Position numbers and translations under genes: made by a program
Source: Candidatus Hodarchaeota archaeon
GTDB lineage: Archaea; Asgardarchaeota; Heimdallarchaeia; Hodarchaeales; Hodarchaeaceae
Reading direction: 5' to 3'
Assembly: GCA_029856365.1 (NCBI GenBank)
Contig: JAHQWW010000004.1
Coordinates: 1 to 64,000, forward strand
Length of the DNA: 64,000 nt
The notes under the pieces: model-generated
What the model saw: only the letters and a program-made list of their open reading frames with translations
Databases searched by the model: none
What the model was told of the DNA's origin: nothing
Shown: one piece after another, positions 21,115-31,109 of the stretch
Position numbering within the stretch: the first letter of the stretch is position 1
How the letters are laid out: every line of letters starts with the position of its first letter

Positions 21115-21840
21115 TTATGATCTTGTATTTTCATTATTTAGTTTAAGAAGGATATCTCTCGCTTTTGAAGCATGTTGCTCGTTTATCACGAAAACGATAC
21201 TTAGGTGATCAGTGTGATGTACCATGGTATCGTACAGTGAAATGGCTTGATCAGCGAGTAAGGAGGAAACATGTGCTAAAATACCAGGAATCTCTTGAGC
21301 TTGCTTGGGTAAAATTAGTTTGAGTAAACTAAGAGAATCTTGAAGCTTAAGAATGTCTACTACTTTAATATCTGCTATTTCACTAATAAAAGACTGTTCA
21401 GTCATTTTCTTAACATATAATTCAATACTTTGACGGTTGAGGTATACAGAACAAATATCTTCACGTTCTATTTGTGTAACAATTATTTTCAATATCTTAT
21501 CAATATCTGTGTCTTCATGAAAATGTATTTTGTAATGTTTCAAACCATCAAAAACTTCTGTAGTTCCTTTTTTAAGAACGTTTTGAACTAGTTTCACACC
21601 TAACATTTCTTCTTGTTGTGTACGTAGTTTTTTAAGATAGCGAGTAATTGCAACTGCGACATTCCCTTCTAATTTCGTGGGATCCTTAGAAGTGAAATTT
21701 CCCTCCTCAATCAATTGAGATTTTATTCTCTTAGCAATTTCTCGTTGGGCGGTTTTTCGTTGTTGAAGCTCGTGAACAAGTGATGGATCTTGTTCAAGTA
21801 TTTCTCGCACTAATTTTGATACTGACTTTTCAGCACGCAT
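21115..21840 (-). CDS. ACT-domain-containing protein
   Basis: C-terminal IPGILAHVSSLLADQAISL ACT motif; SVSKLVREIL N-terminus typical of an archaeal ACT regulator family. Confidence 0.75.
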   Translation of the reverse strand: MRAEKSVSKLVREILEQDPSLVHELQQRKTAQREIAKRIKSQLIEEGNFTSKDPTKLEGNVAVAITRYLKKLRTQQEEMLGVKLVQNVLKKGTTEVFDGLKHYKIHFHEDTDIDKILKIIVTQIEREDICSVYLNRQSIELYVKKMTEQSFISEIADIKVVDILKLQDSLSLLKLILPKQAQEIPGILAHVSSLLADQAISLYDTMVHHTDHLSIVFVINEQHASKARDILLKLNNENTRS

Positions 21841-22301
21841 ATAATTTCTTCCTTTAATTGAATGTTCTTATATTTTGTTTATATACTCCACTATTTCAAC
21901 TTGGAAGATTATTAGATTCCAACAGGATAATATGGTAACCAATCTCAAGTATAGGATAGGAAAATCATCAAGAAATTTCGTAACGAAGACCATTTACTTG
22001 ATTTTTTCTCAACTTTTTATTTATTCTGAAAATTATTACGATTGATGAAACTAATTCATTCATTTCATATTAGTATTGATTGATAGATTAGTGAAATCTA
22101 ACTTAATTTTATTAGAATCTCCTTGTAACGAATGTTTCATGTTTTTAAAGGGGGAAAGTCATGTTATGATTTCTTTCAAATGATTAATTGGGTAATATGA
22201 ACAAAATAACATAAAATGGCAGCTGTAGGTGCTTTAAACTTAAACAAAATCTCTAATAACGAGAATTACAACTATTTCTCATACAAGAAAAAAAAAAGAT
22301 T

Positions 22302-23087
22302 ATGTATTCTAGTGCTAAATTTCAAAATATTGAGAGTTTAACTTTGAAAAAAGAAGACTTCTTAGTTCTTTTGCCAGCGTATAATGAAGAGGATTCCTTA
22401 CCTATGGTAATTCATCAGCTTGATGAAATATTTTCTCGTGATCAATTAATTCTTGCTGATGACGGGTCAACAGACAAAACCTCCAAGGTAGCGCAACAAT
22501 TGGGCATCAAAATCATTAAGAATAAAAATAATAGGGGAAAAGGACACATATTACGAAGTGCATTCACATTTATCGTCCAAAAATTCCCTACTATTAAATG
22601 GGTAATAACTTTTGATACTGATGGACAACATGACACCCGAGATATGCCTCGCTTTTTCCAAACCGTTGAAAAATACCCAGAAGCCGAAATCATTCTAGGA
22701 AAGCGTGATTATAATCAAATGCCTCCTATAAATTGGATTTCAAACAAATTAACTTCAACTTGGTCCAATTATTGGTTAAATTGGAACCTAGCTGACTTGC
22801 AGTGCGGTTTTAGATGTTATCAAACTAAAGCTTTACGTCATATACTTGAATATGGCCTTACAAGTAATAAATTTGATTTAGAAACAGAAGTGTTACTAGT
22901 CGCTTGGTTATTAGATGTAAAAATAATTGATATCCCAATAACAACTCTATATCCTGAAACCCGACGTAAATCAAGAATTAAACCACTAATTGATACGATT
23001 CGATGGATGTTCCTTGTTGTACGATTTGCTTTTTCTCCATCATTCGTTATTAAAGTATGGCAAACACGGTATTTACGACGGTTATAA
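22302..23087 (+). CDS. GT2 glycosyltransferase, Dpm1-like (polyprenol-phosphate sugar synthase)
   Basis: PAYNEE, DDGSTD, NRGKG, DTDGQH, DLQCGFR. Confidence 0.92.
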   Translation: MYSSAKFQNIESLTLKKEDFLVLLPAYNEEDSLPMVIHQLDEIFSRDQLILADDGSTDKTSKVAQQLGIKIIKNKNNRGKGHILRSAFTFIVQKFPTIKWVITFDTDGQHDTRDMPRFFQTVEKYPEAEIILGKRDYNQMPPINWISNKLTSTWSNYWLNWNLADLQCGFRCYQTKALRHILEYGLTSNKFDLETEVLLVAWLLDVKIIDIPITTLYPETRRKSRIKPLIDTIRWMFLVVRFAFSPSFVIKVWQTRYLRRL

Positions 23088-23357
23088 ACAAGTTTATATA
23101 TAATATCTTGGTTATTAGCTAATTTTTTTCAAATCTAACCAATGCAAAAGTAGCACCAGTATTATCGAAACAAAAGAATCGCATACAAGGTGTTAATCGA
23201 AGTGGGGAACATCTTATGCTATAGTCACAGAAATAGGTTAGAATTTCGAAAGTAAAAAAAATACTATGCATTATTTATTTATTATAAACAAATAAGAATT
23301 AAAAAGGATGAGACAGATTTAACCATTTATAAAGCAGGTTTCGGGATTGAAATTCAT

Positions 23358-23900
23358 ATGAAACAAAAACTAGTGCTTAAATTAGTGCTTCTTGGTGATC
23401 CAGGAGTAGGTAAGACTTCATTAATATCACAGTTCGTTCACGCGCGCTTTCGACACTCTTATCAACTAACAGTTGGGTTAGATATCTCTTCAAAACAAGT
23501 TCAATTAGATGATGGGCGAACAGTAACGCTATCAATTAATGATATTGGCGGTCAAGCTCGGTTTGCAGCCATTCGGCATATGTTCTTCAAGGGTGCCCAT
23601 CTGGCGATGTTTGTTTATGATGTCACCCGGGCTGAAACATTGGATAATATAAAAGATCCTTGGTTCAAAGAATTAATGGAATTTTGTGGCCGATCTAGTA
23701 AAACCAAAGCTGCAATTCAGACAATTTTGGTTGGTAATAAAACGGATCTCGAAGATTATCGAATGATCGAGGAAGAGGAAGGAATCCAACTTGCTAAGGA
23801 AATTAATGCAAAGGGACATATATCTGCCTCCGCTAAAGAAAATATTCAAGTCGATGAGGCTTTTAAGACTTTAGCTCAAAGCTTTTTCGATGAAATTTAG
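23358..23900 (+). CDS. Ras-superfamily (Rab-like) small GTPase
   Basis: G1 GDPGVGKTS, G2 TVG, G3 DIGGQ, G4 NKTD, G5 SAK; no C-terminal Cys prenylation motif. Confidence 0.95.
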   Translation: MKQKLVLKLVLLGDPGVGKTSLISQFVHARFRHSYQLTVGLDISSKQVQLDDGRTVTLSINDIGGQARFAAIRHMFFKGAHLAMFVYDVTRAETLDNIKDPWFKELMEFCGRSSKTKAAIQTILVGNKTDLEDYRMIEEEEGIQLAKEINAKGHISASAKENIQVDEAFKTLAQSFFDEI

Positions 23901-23933
23901 TAGGGTTTAGTTTGATTAAATTAAACAATAGGA

Positions 23934-24818
23934 GTGGATTTTATGACCACTGTTGAGGCAGAATACGAATATCTGACATATCTCCCTACATATTTCTTTA
24001 AACAATTAATAGATAAGTGGAAACATACTCCAGTCGAGTTAACGCCCAATGGACTCCTTTCCAGTGAGAACCGAGAGACTACAATTGAACTTGTCAAGAA
24101 TATGAAAGAAGCTAGGCTTAAACAACTAAAAAAACTTGCAGACATACTCAATATCTCCGAAGTGTGGTGGGAAGTACATCAAATTTCAAAAACTAAACCC
24201 TTATCTCATCTTTATAAACGTAAAAAAACTTTCACTGTTGATAAATATCTACCAGAAGACCATATTAAGGTTAAGGGGATTTTTTCCTCTAATGAGATCA
24301 GTGAACAGGCCATTTTAATTCTGATTGAGTTTTCTTCCCGATCTAAACCACTCAGAAAAGTGTTCCGATTCATTTACTTACCTCTTATAAAAACAATTCT
24401 TCTAGAACCAAATGAGCTGGCAATAGATCTTTTGAAGAACGAAATACTTCCATTTATCACGAAAGATCCAAACGAGATTACCCAAAAGCCTATCCGTGCC
24501 AGATTGATTCGATCACTTACCAAAAGCCGTGATAAAATGGAACCATCCTTTGTTCTTACTCATCTCAAAATAAAGATATCTTTAGAAACATCGGGAATTG
24601 AAGGTTTACACCAAATTACAATTCATGGTGATGATATCATTAGGGGAGCTGAAACTTTAGAACAACGTCATGAAATATCCCTTAAATTTATGAACTCTGG
24701 TCCATGGGTAGGGGCAGGAACTAAGGATTTCATCATTGAAGTTGGTAAAGGTCTTCAAATCCTTCAACTAGAAGAAGCTTCTCTCAAGAATATAACAACA
24801 TTACTCAGTCGACTTTAA
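23934..24818 (+). CDS. Hypothetical protein
   Basis: 294-aa ORF 33 bp downstream of the GTPase; no confident motif. Confidence 0.75.
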   Translation: MDFMTTVEAEYEYLTYLPTYFFKQLIDKWKHTPVELTPNGLLSSENRETTIELVKNMKEARLKQLKKLADILNISEVWWEVHQISKTKPLSHLYKRKKTFTVDKYLPEDHIKVKGIFSSNEISEQAILILIEFSSRSKPLRKVFRFIYLPLIKTILLEPNELAIDLLKNEILPFITKDPNEITQKPIRARLIRSLTKSRDKMEPSFVLTHLKIKISLETSGIEGLHQITIHGDDIIRGAETLEQRHEISLKFMNSGPWVGAGTKDFIIEVGKGLQILQLEEASLKNITTLLSRL

Positions 24819-24838
24819 ACAACTCTCTCACTCATGGA

Positions 24839-27292
24839 ATGAATAATATGTATTATACATGGAAACTTTCGCGATTTTGCATCCTAATTTTCATGATTAA
24901 CTTTTTCATTCCCCTATTTATACAAGAACATCCTCCTAATGTATTTTTTGATAATTCTAGAACTCATGATTCAATTTATTATAGTCATAACAATAAAGAT
25001 CATTCTCTTGATATTTTGATAATGTTTTACCATAGAATCCCAGATCTGGGATCTTATGAACCTTTAATCATTAAGAAATTTAGTAGTTTTCCAATTATTC
25101 ATATAAAATTCAATAATCCTACTATGAAACAACAATTTATCAAAAGCTATCGCCAAAGAATTTATCGAATAGAACCTAACCAGGTTCTAAGGAGTTCTTT
25201 TCACACCATATCCATAAAGAACTCCATTACAGATAGCATAAGTACAGGGTTCCAAGATTCAACTGGTGCAAGCTATTTACACGACTTGGGGATCAAAGGT
25301 CAAAGTATTAAGATAGGAATTATCGATACAGGAGTGAAAAATGAATCTGAAACACTTGTGAAAGGTCATAAATCATTCGTGAGTATTGATAATGGATACT
25401 CAGAAGATATTCCAAATCCAGATGATAATTGGGGGCATGGAACACAAGTTGCCACAATTGCTGCAGGAACTACTACTGGAATAGCTCCTGAGGCTGAAAT
25501 ATATAGTGCAAAAGTCATTGAACCTAATATTGGAGGCGCAGGTGGTGATAAGAACGAAGAAACCACTGCAGGGATGCTTGAAGCGATAGAGTATCTTGTC
25601 AACAACTCTGTTGATGTGATCAACATATCTCTGGGTCAGTATCACAACTTACCAAATGGACTAAGAGATGAAGTGATTAATTATGTCTCGATTCTCCATA
25701 AAATCGTGTTTAGTGTTTCTGTGGGTAATTCTGGGTCTTCTTATGGTGATAGAGGGACATTGAATAACCCTTCAACCGCACTTCAATGTATTGCTACCAC
25801 TGCTAGCGATATTGCTGGGACACTCATTGGAAGTTTTGCTTCGCGAGGACCAAAGGTTGATTACTCTATGAAACCTGATATCGCAGCACCAGGTATCGGT
25901 ATGCCAGGGCAAGGAACCTCATTTGCCGCTCCAATTGTTACAGGTGCCTCTGCTTTACTCATTGATTTTCTAAAAAGTGAAAATCGAAATTATTCGGCAT
26001 CAACCATAAAAGCCGCTCTTCTTGCTGGAACAAGGACGCTGGGAAGACCAGTCTGGGAGGAAGGCGCAGGATTTATTAATATCACTCGATCTTTAGAGAT
26101 TCTAAATTCAACGGAGAAAATAGATAACACCCCTGATCTAGTATATCTTCATCCTCAAAAGCTACCCTTTGATCCTTATAGAGTTCTGTTTAATGGCAGT
26201 TCTATAATGTTCAACCTCACTGTTATTAGTAGTAGAAAGATTAATACAAGTATCATTATTTCCGAAACTCTATCTGATTTTGTTAGTACATCTAATTCTT
26301 TCTATATCATAAACAATACCACTCTAGTTCCCATCAACTTCACTATACCTACATCAACTAAGTCTCAATACGTTTCAGGATTTATTAATGTAAGTAATGC
26401 ATTATCAACGGTAGAGTTTGAAATTCGTGAAACTGATGTTCAAGTTCTTTTTGATGAGAGTTTTAATCGAATAGCTAAGCATGGATATGGTACTACCGCT
26501 TATGAGATAGAAGGTGATACTTCCAGTACAATCTGTATGTATTCAGCTTTCACGCAGTTCTTAGCTTATGAGTACAATTATTGTGTCATCCCTCATGTTA
26601 AAGGAGAAATACCCCTTACTGAACTTTTGAAATACGATGTATTGATTTTAGCAAATCCATTTTCCAACTCTACTGATAAATTCATGGATTGGATTGTGAA
26701 TCCAAGTCATAAATATGTTTCTCCATCAGATAATACTATAGAAGCTATTTCACAATTTGTTGCAATGGGTGGAGGAGTGTTGATACTAACCGCTGATAAT
26801 GACGCTTATTTTAATATTACAGGAATAAATAAGTTCCTTGGACTTTTTGATCTTCAAATTACAAATGAATTTTCAGGAACTATTTGTTTAAGTGATATAG
26901 TTAACCCTCGTGATTTTACCACAGATATTTCCTCTTTTCCTTTTCGTGGAAATTATATCCAAGCTGATGGAAGTCATACCCAGATAATTGCAGAATGTAA
27001 TGGGAAACCTACTCTAGCCTCCTATGATGATCCTAGCGGAGGAAGAGTCCTCCTTTTTGGATCAGATCTAATTTTTGATAACATTGGATTTTCTAGTTAC
27101 CCTTATCCTGGAGATCACACAGAAAATCAAATCTTGATTTTTAATTCAGTCACTTGGCTTGCTGAGGCAAAAAGAGAGTACATTGAATCATCGATGAATA
27201 TTCCAGAATTTCCCTATCCGCTTATTTTTCTGGTTCTAATTATATCTCTAGTAATCGTTTGTTATTTATTTATTAACAAAACGAAAGTTTAA
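24839..27292 (+). CDS. Membrane-anchored S8 subtilase, site-1-protease-like, with PEF-CTERM-like tail
   Basis: IIDTG/WGHGT/GTSFAAP triad; GN; GTLNNP; KPDIAAPG; VLFDES GATase-like domain; IPEF + TM + KTK. Confidence 0.88.
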   Translation: MNNMYYTWKLSRFCILIFMINFFIPLFIQEHPPNVFFDNSRTHDSIYYSHNNKDHSLDILIMFYHRIPDLGSYEPLIIKKFSSFPIIHIKFNNPTMKQQFIKSYRQRIYRIEPNQVLRSSFHTISIKNSITDSISTGFQDSTGASYLHDLGIKGQSIKIGIIDTGVKNESETLVKGHKSFVSIDNGYSEDIPNPDDNWGHGTQVATIAAGTTTGIAPEAEIYSAKVIEPNIGGAGGDKNEETTAGMLEAIEYLVNNSVDVINISLGQYHNLPNGLRDEVINYVSILHKIVFSVSVGNSGSSYGDRGTLNNPSTALQCIATTASDIAGTLIGSFASRGPKVDYSMKPDIAAPGIGMPGQGTSFAAPIVTGASALLIDFLKSENRNYSASTIKAALLAGTRTLGRPVWEEGAGFINITRSLEILNSTEKIDNTPDLVYLHPQKLPFDPYRVLFNGSSIMFNLTVISSRKINTSIIISETLSDFVSTSNSFYIINNTTLVPINFTIPTSTKSQYVSGFINVSNALSTVEFEIRETDVQVLFDESFNRIAKHGYGTTAYEIEGDTSSTICMYSAFTQFLAYEYNYCVIPHVKGEIPLTELLKYDVLILANPFSNSTDKFMDWIVNPSHKYVSPSDNTIEAISQFVAMGGGVLILTADNDAYFNITGINKFLGLFDLQITNEFSGTICLSDIVNPRDFTTDISSFPFRGNYIQADGSHTQIIAECNGKPTLASYDDPSGGRVLLFGSDLIFDNIGFSSYPYPGDHTENQILIFNSVTWLAEAKREYIESSMNIPEFPYPLIFLVLIISLVIVCYLFINKTKV

Positions 27293-27406
27293 TTATCAAT
27301 ATCTGAAAAGAAGAAAACTAATAATTTCATTAATATTAAGAAGATATTTTCTCGAATTTACTTCCCTGGATTATAATTTCTCGTTGAAAAATTTACTTCA
27401 TTTTCT

Positions 27407-27955
27407 TCAAACCCTAGGTTCTGCACTAAGCCCAATATACATACTTTTTTCTCTATCATCATATCCAACATCTGCTTCAGAAGTTAACTGATGAAATATG
27501 ATTTGAATTATTGGCATCCCTGGAACTAACTCAACTGGTGAATTAGCTTGGTGAGCGATTTCAAGAGTGAGGGTTGTCGGGTCTTTCAGACCTGTTCCTG
27601 GATTGACGAGTCCTGCGGCTTGAACTACGATTCCCAACCTAGCAATTGAGGATTTTCCTTGAAGAGTGGCAGCATACTTCTTTGATATTGAAATCTTCTC
27701 AAGAGTGGAGGCGAGAACAAACTGGTTAGGCGATAAAAGGAACGATTCATCCTTTTCAATTCGGAAAACCTCCGAGTTTTTCAAAATAGCCTTTCGATCG
27801 TTTGGTCGGAACAACCTGCCATGGTGGAATACTAAAAAGGTATCACCTAATTTTAAATCAATACTACATGGACCTACTGCTGATTCATCATAAGGAGTAA
27901 TTATTATCTCACGAGCTTCAATTGCTGCTAGAATATCCTGGTAAGATAGTATCAT
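27407..27955 (-). CDS. dcd: dCTP deaminase
   Basis: MILS start (Met20 of the ORF-track frame), SIDLKLG, GKSSIARLG, TLE, IIQIIF. Confidence 0.92.
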   Translation of the reverse strand: MILSYQDILAAIEAREIIITPYDESAVGPCSIDLKLGDTFLVFHHGRLFRPNDRKAILKNSEVFRIEKDESFLLSPNQFVLASTLEKISISKKYAATLQGKSSIARLGIVVQAAGLVNPGTGLKDPTTLTLEIAHQANSPVELVPGMPIIQIIFHQLTSEADVGYDDREKSMYIGLSAEPRV

Positions 27956-28061
27956 GGTAATTTTTTCACCACTTAAAATCGTTGTTATTAAGAATAATGT
28001 AGATATCGTCAAGTAATAATTTTATTTACGATTGAAATAAATTTATTAGTTCTGTGAATGT

Positions 28062-29141
28062 ATGAAAGCTAACATGAATGATTCCCATCAAGAACGCTTA
28101 CAAGTAGTTTTAATGCGAATTATCGAAGGATTTTCTGATTATTTCGTCAAATCACTTGAAAAATCTTATCATCAGACTCCCAAAACCATTGAAGTCCGAA
28201 ATATAACAGTAGAGAGGAAGTTGGGTACTACAGGAATTCATATCGTAAAAGTTCAGCTTGAGACCAATTTAGGATTAGATGAAGCCAGTATCGCTGTTAA
28301 AATCTATGATAAGCAAGAACTCGCGTTGGAAGTTGTCAAACGAATCAACATCCTTGAAAATCGTCTTTCACAAAAAAAATACTCACATTTTGGAATTTCA
28401 TCAGCCTCAGTCATTTTCTTTTCTAGAAGCGTTATAGTAATGGAGGGGATCCAGGGAGACGTTTTTCGGGAATCAAAGATCCCTAGACCTCAAAAATATC
28501 GATTTGCGGGACGTGGTCTTGCAGCATTTCATGGCTCAGAATCGGATCGCTGTTGGTTTGACAAATATAAACTCTTATTGTCAAGGAGTGTCGAGAACCT
28601 TCCATTAGCAGAAAACGAAAAATTTAGGTTGAAAAGTCTTTTTGATGATGTAGTGCCTCGAGCAGAAGAGGCTTCTCAATTATCTGGATCAATAAGCTTT
28701 GGAGATTTTCATCCTGGGAATTTAATCTTTGATGTTCGAATGGGTCAAAGTCCGATGATTCAAACTCACATTATTGATCCTGAATATTTAGACACATCTA
28801 AAGAACATGATCGATTAGAAGATATCTGCAATTTTTTTGCTGTTGAAGCTGTTGATCAATATCGTATAGATAAATCCTTAACAAAACTCCGAATGAACGT
28901 GAAGTCTTTTTTGTCTGGATATAGTGAAGTCCTAGCTCATGAGCGAACTTCTTTGTCAAAATATTATCGCGGTAACTATATTCCTGTGAATTTCCACTTA
29001 GCATTGATGATTCTAATGAGTATTATACATATACAAAATATGACTGATCTTTTCGGCGGAAAAACAGGGATTCAAAACGAAATGCTTCTTCGATGTCAGT
29101 TAATTGAAAAGCTTCTCAATTGGGATTCGTTCCCTGATTAG
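28062..29141 (+). CDS. Aminoglycoside-phosphotransferase/choline-kinase-like protein
   Basis: IAVK, VMEGI, LAAFH, GDFHPGN, IIDPE. Confidence 0.8.
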   Translation: MKANMNDSHQERLQVVLMRIIEGFSDYFVKSLEKSYHQTPKTIEVRNITVERKLGTTGIHIVKVQLETNLGLDEASIAVKIYDKQELALEVVKRINILENRLSQKKYSHFGISSASVIFFSRSVIVMEGIQGDVFRESKIPRPQKYRFAGRGLAAFHGSESDRCWFDKYKLLLSRSVENLPLAENEKFRLKSLFDDVVPRAEEASQLSGSISFGDFHPGNLIFDVRMGQSPMIQTHIIDPEYLDTSKEHDRLEDICNFFAVEAVDQYRIDKSLTKLRMNVKSFLSGYSEVLAHERTSLSKYYRGNYIPVNFHLALMILMSIIHIQNMTDLFGGKTGIQNEMLLRCQLIEKLLNWDSFPD

Positions 29142-29150
29142 GGTTCCAAA

Positions 29151-29831
29151 ATGGATCATAAAGTTCTATATTCTAGTGCTGGAATTGCTACCCAAATTTT
29201 AGTCCAAGACCGGAAGAAAATGATGATTTTACTAGATGTTGGTGACGGTATCATCCGAGATCTCCTAAAAGAAGAAATATCCTTTCCATTGTCCATCCCA
29301 TTGCATATATTTCTCACTCATGGACATTACGATCACTGTGGGGGATTATTTTCATTGCTAGGTTTTTTACGAATGGTTGGACAATCCTCACCAGTTGAGA
29401 TTTATTATCCTAAAGGTTCTAAAGAGATTGAAGGTCTAATTAATCTATTCATCTCTTCCTATCAAGACACTACTCCTTTTAAACTGAAATCTTGTGACCT
29501 TCAGCATAAAGACAAAATTAATATTTCGAATGACATAAGAGTGGTTGCATATCAAATGAAACATATGGGATCCACTCTCTCACATGGAATCTTATCTGAA
29601 ATACCAGCATTAGGATTCGCTATTTTTAAGAATGAAGAAAAATGGTTAGTTTTCACTGGAGACACAGGAATGAATGATAATCTTCCAAATTTCCTGAGAA
29701 ATGCAACCCATGCATATATTGAAGCGACTAATTTAGCTGACCACTATTCACCTTATCATCTAAGTATTAAAAAAGCACAAGAACTAGGGAAATTGGCAAA
29801 AGATTTTACTTTAGTACATACTCGAAGATAA
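29151..29831 (+). CDS. Metallo-beta-lactamase fold hydrolase, RNase Z-like
   Basis: LDVGDG, THGHYDH, TGDT, EAT, H, LVH. Confidence 0.85.
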   Translation: MDHKVLYSSAGIATQILVQDRKKMMILLDVGDGIIRDLLKEEISFPLSIPLHIFLTHGHYDHCGGLFSLLGFLRMVGQSSPVEIYYPKGSKEIEGLINLFISSYQDTTPFKLKSCDLQHKDKINISNDIRVVAYQMKHMGSTLSHGILSEIPALGFAIFKNEEKWLVFTGDTGMNDNLPNFLRNATHAYIEATNLADHYSPYHLSIKKAQELGKLAKDFTLVHTRR

Positions 29832-30049
29832 ATTTCATGACAAATTTTGATTGAGTAGGATTATTGAAAATACGAGAATCAGACTAAAATAGTTATCAGT
29901 CAAAAATATCAAAGTGCTATTGTTGGATTATAATTAGGAAAGAATTCAAATCATAATCATTGTAGAGATCTTAGGCAAGCTAGATCCCTGAAATGAATTC
30001 TTTCTCATTTTCAATTAAAATTTTTACTTAGCACAGTGCTGGGGCCAAT

Positions 30050-31042
30050 GTGTTATCCAAAACATTTCTTAAAGAGGTAGAATTTGTTCACAATGACAAA
30101 CAGAGTGGTGCAGCAAAGATTTCAGAAGCAACTCTACTCATTTTGAAACGTGAATGCCTTAAATTAGGTAAAGACCTCAATAGATCTATCCTAAAAACTG
30201 CAATTCAACTATTACTTGATACTCATCCTATGGCAACTATCGAGAATGCACTTTTACCGATTTATCTGAGGCTCACACAGCTTATCAAATCTGGTGGACT
30301 TCAAAAAGAAGATTCTAAAGCAGCAATAGAATTAATCTTTGCCACACGACGAGAACAAATGAGAATTAGTGAAAAAAACACTATCGAAACCCTCACAAAT
30401 GCTTTGCAAGACAAAAGTACTATCTTAACGTTCTCTCATTCATCAACTGTGAATACCGCATTATTACATTTAGCAGGGGAAGGATATCGTGATAAGGAGA
30501 TTTTTGTATTAGAATCCAGGCCCTTAAAGGAAGGGGAACGAACTGCTCTTTCGTTAGCGAATGCAGGTTTCAAAAAGATTCATCTAGGCATTGATTTTGC
30601 GGTCAATGAATATTCAGAACAGGCAGAAGTTGCTGTTCTAGGAGCAGATATGATCCATTCAAATGGACAAGTACTAAATAAGATTGGTTCGGCAACAATT
30701 GCTCATCTTTTCCACACGAAATCAAAAGAAGTAATAATAGCTGCTTCACCTTCTAAAGTCTGCTTAAGAGGGATTATCAACAGTAATAGAGACTGGCATC
30801 CCCTCATTCCTCATCGAGATTCTAAAGAAATTACAAAGATTTCAAGTCCTAATTTAATTGTATGGAACAGATATTTCGAAATCATCCAACCAGAGCTAAT
30901 ATCCTACCTGATCATGGATTGTTATAAGTTCCCAGCACCCATTTCAAGGCAACTTGAAAGCTTTCTAAAAGAAGAACCGATTATTTCACTACGAAAAGAG
31001 CTTCAAGAACTTTGGCATGAAGTTGATTTTACTATAGCATAA
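30050..31042 (+). CDS. eIF-2B alpha/beta/delta family protein (aIF-2B-like)
   Basis: HPMA, LTFSHSSTV, ESRPLKEG, GAD…NKIGS. Lacks the TxCN cysteine of MtnA/R15P isomerases. Confidence 0.88.
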   Translation: MLSKTFLKEVEFVHNDKQSGAAKISEATLLILKRECLKLGKDLNRSILKTAIQLLLDTHPMATIENALLPIYLRLTQLIKSGGLQKEDSKAAIELIFATRREQMRISEKNTIETLTNALQDKSTILTFSHSSTVNTALLHLAGEGYRDKEIFVLESRPLKEGERTALSLANAGFKKIHLGIDFAVNEYSEQAEVAVLGADMIHSNGQVLNKIGSATIAHLFHTKSKEVIIAASPSKVCLRGIINSNRDWHPLIPHRDSKEITKISSPNLIVWNRYFEIIQPELISYLIMDCYKFPAPISRQLESFLKEEPIISLRKELQELWHEVDFTIA

Positions 31043-31109
31043 TCTCTTATTGAGTTGAGTTTCAATTGATCATAAGGGTCAAATTCATCAAATTGTTGGA
31101 TTGATCCTT

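Noticed and set aside
28062-31042. APH-like kinase + eIF2B-family gene as an MtnK/MtnA methionine-salvage pair
   Set aside because: The eIF2B-family protein lacks the catalytic Cys (TFSHS instead of THCN), and the kinase shows no MtnK-specific motifs I recognise.
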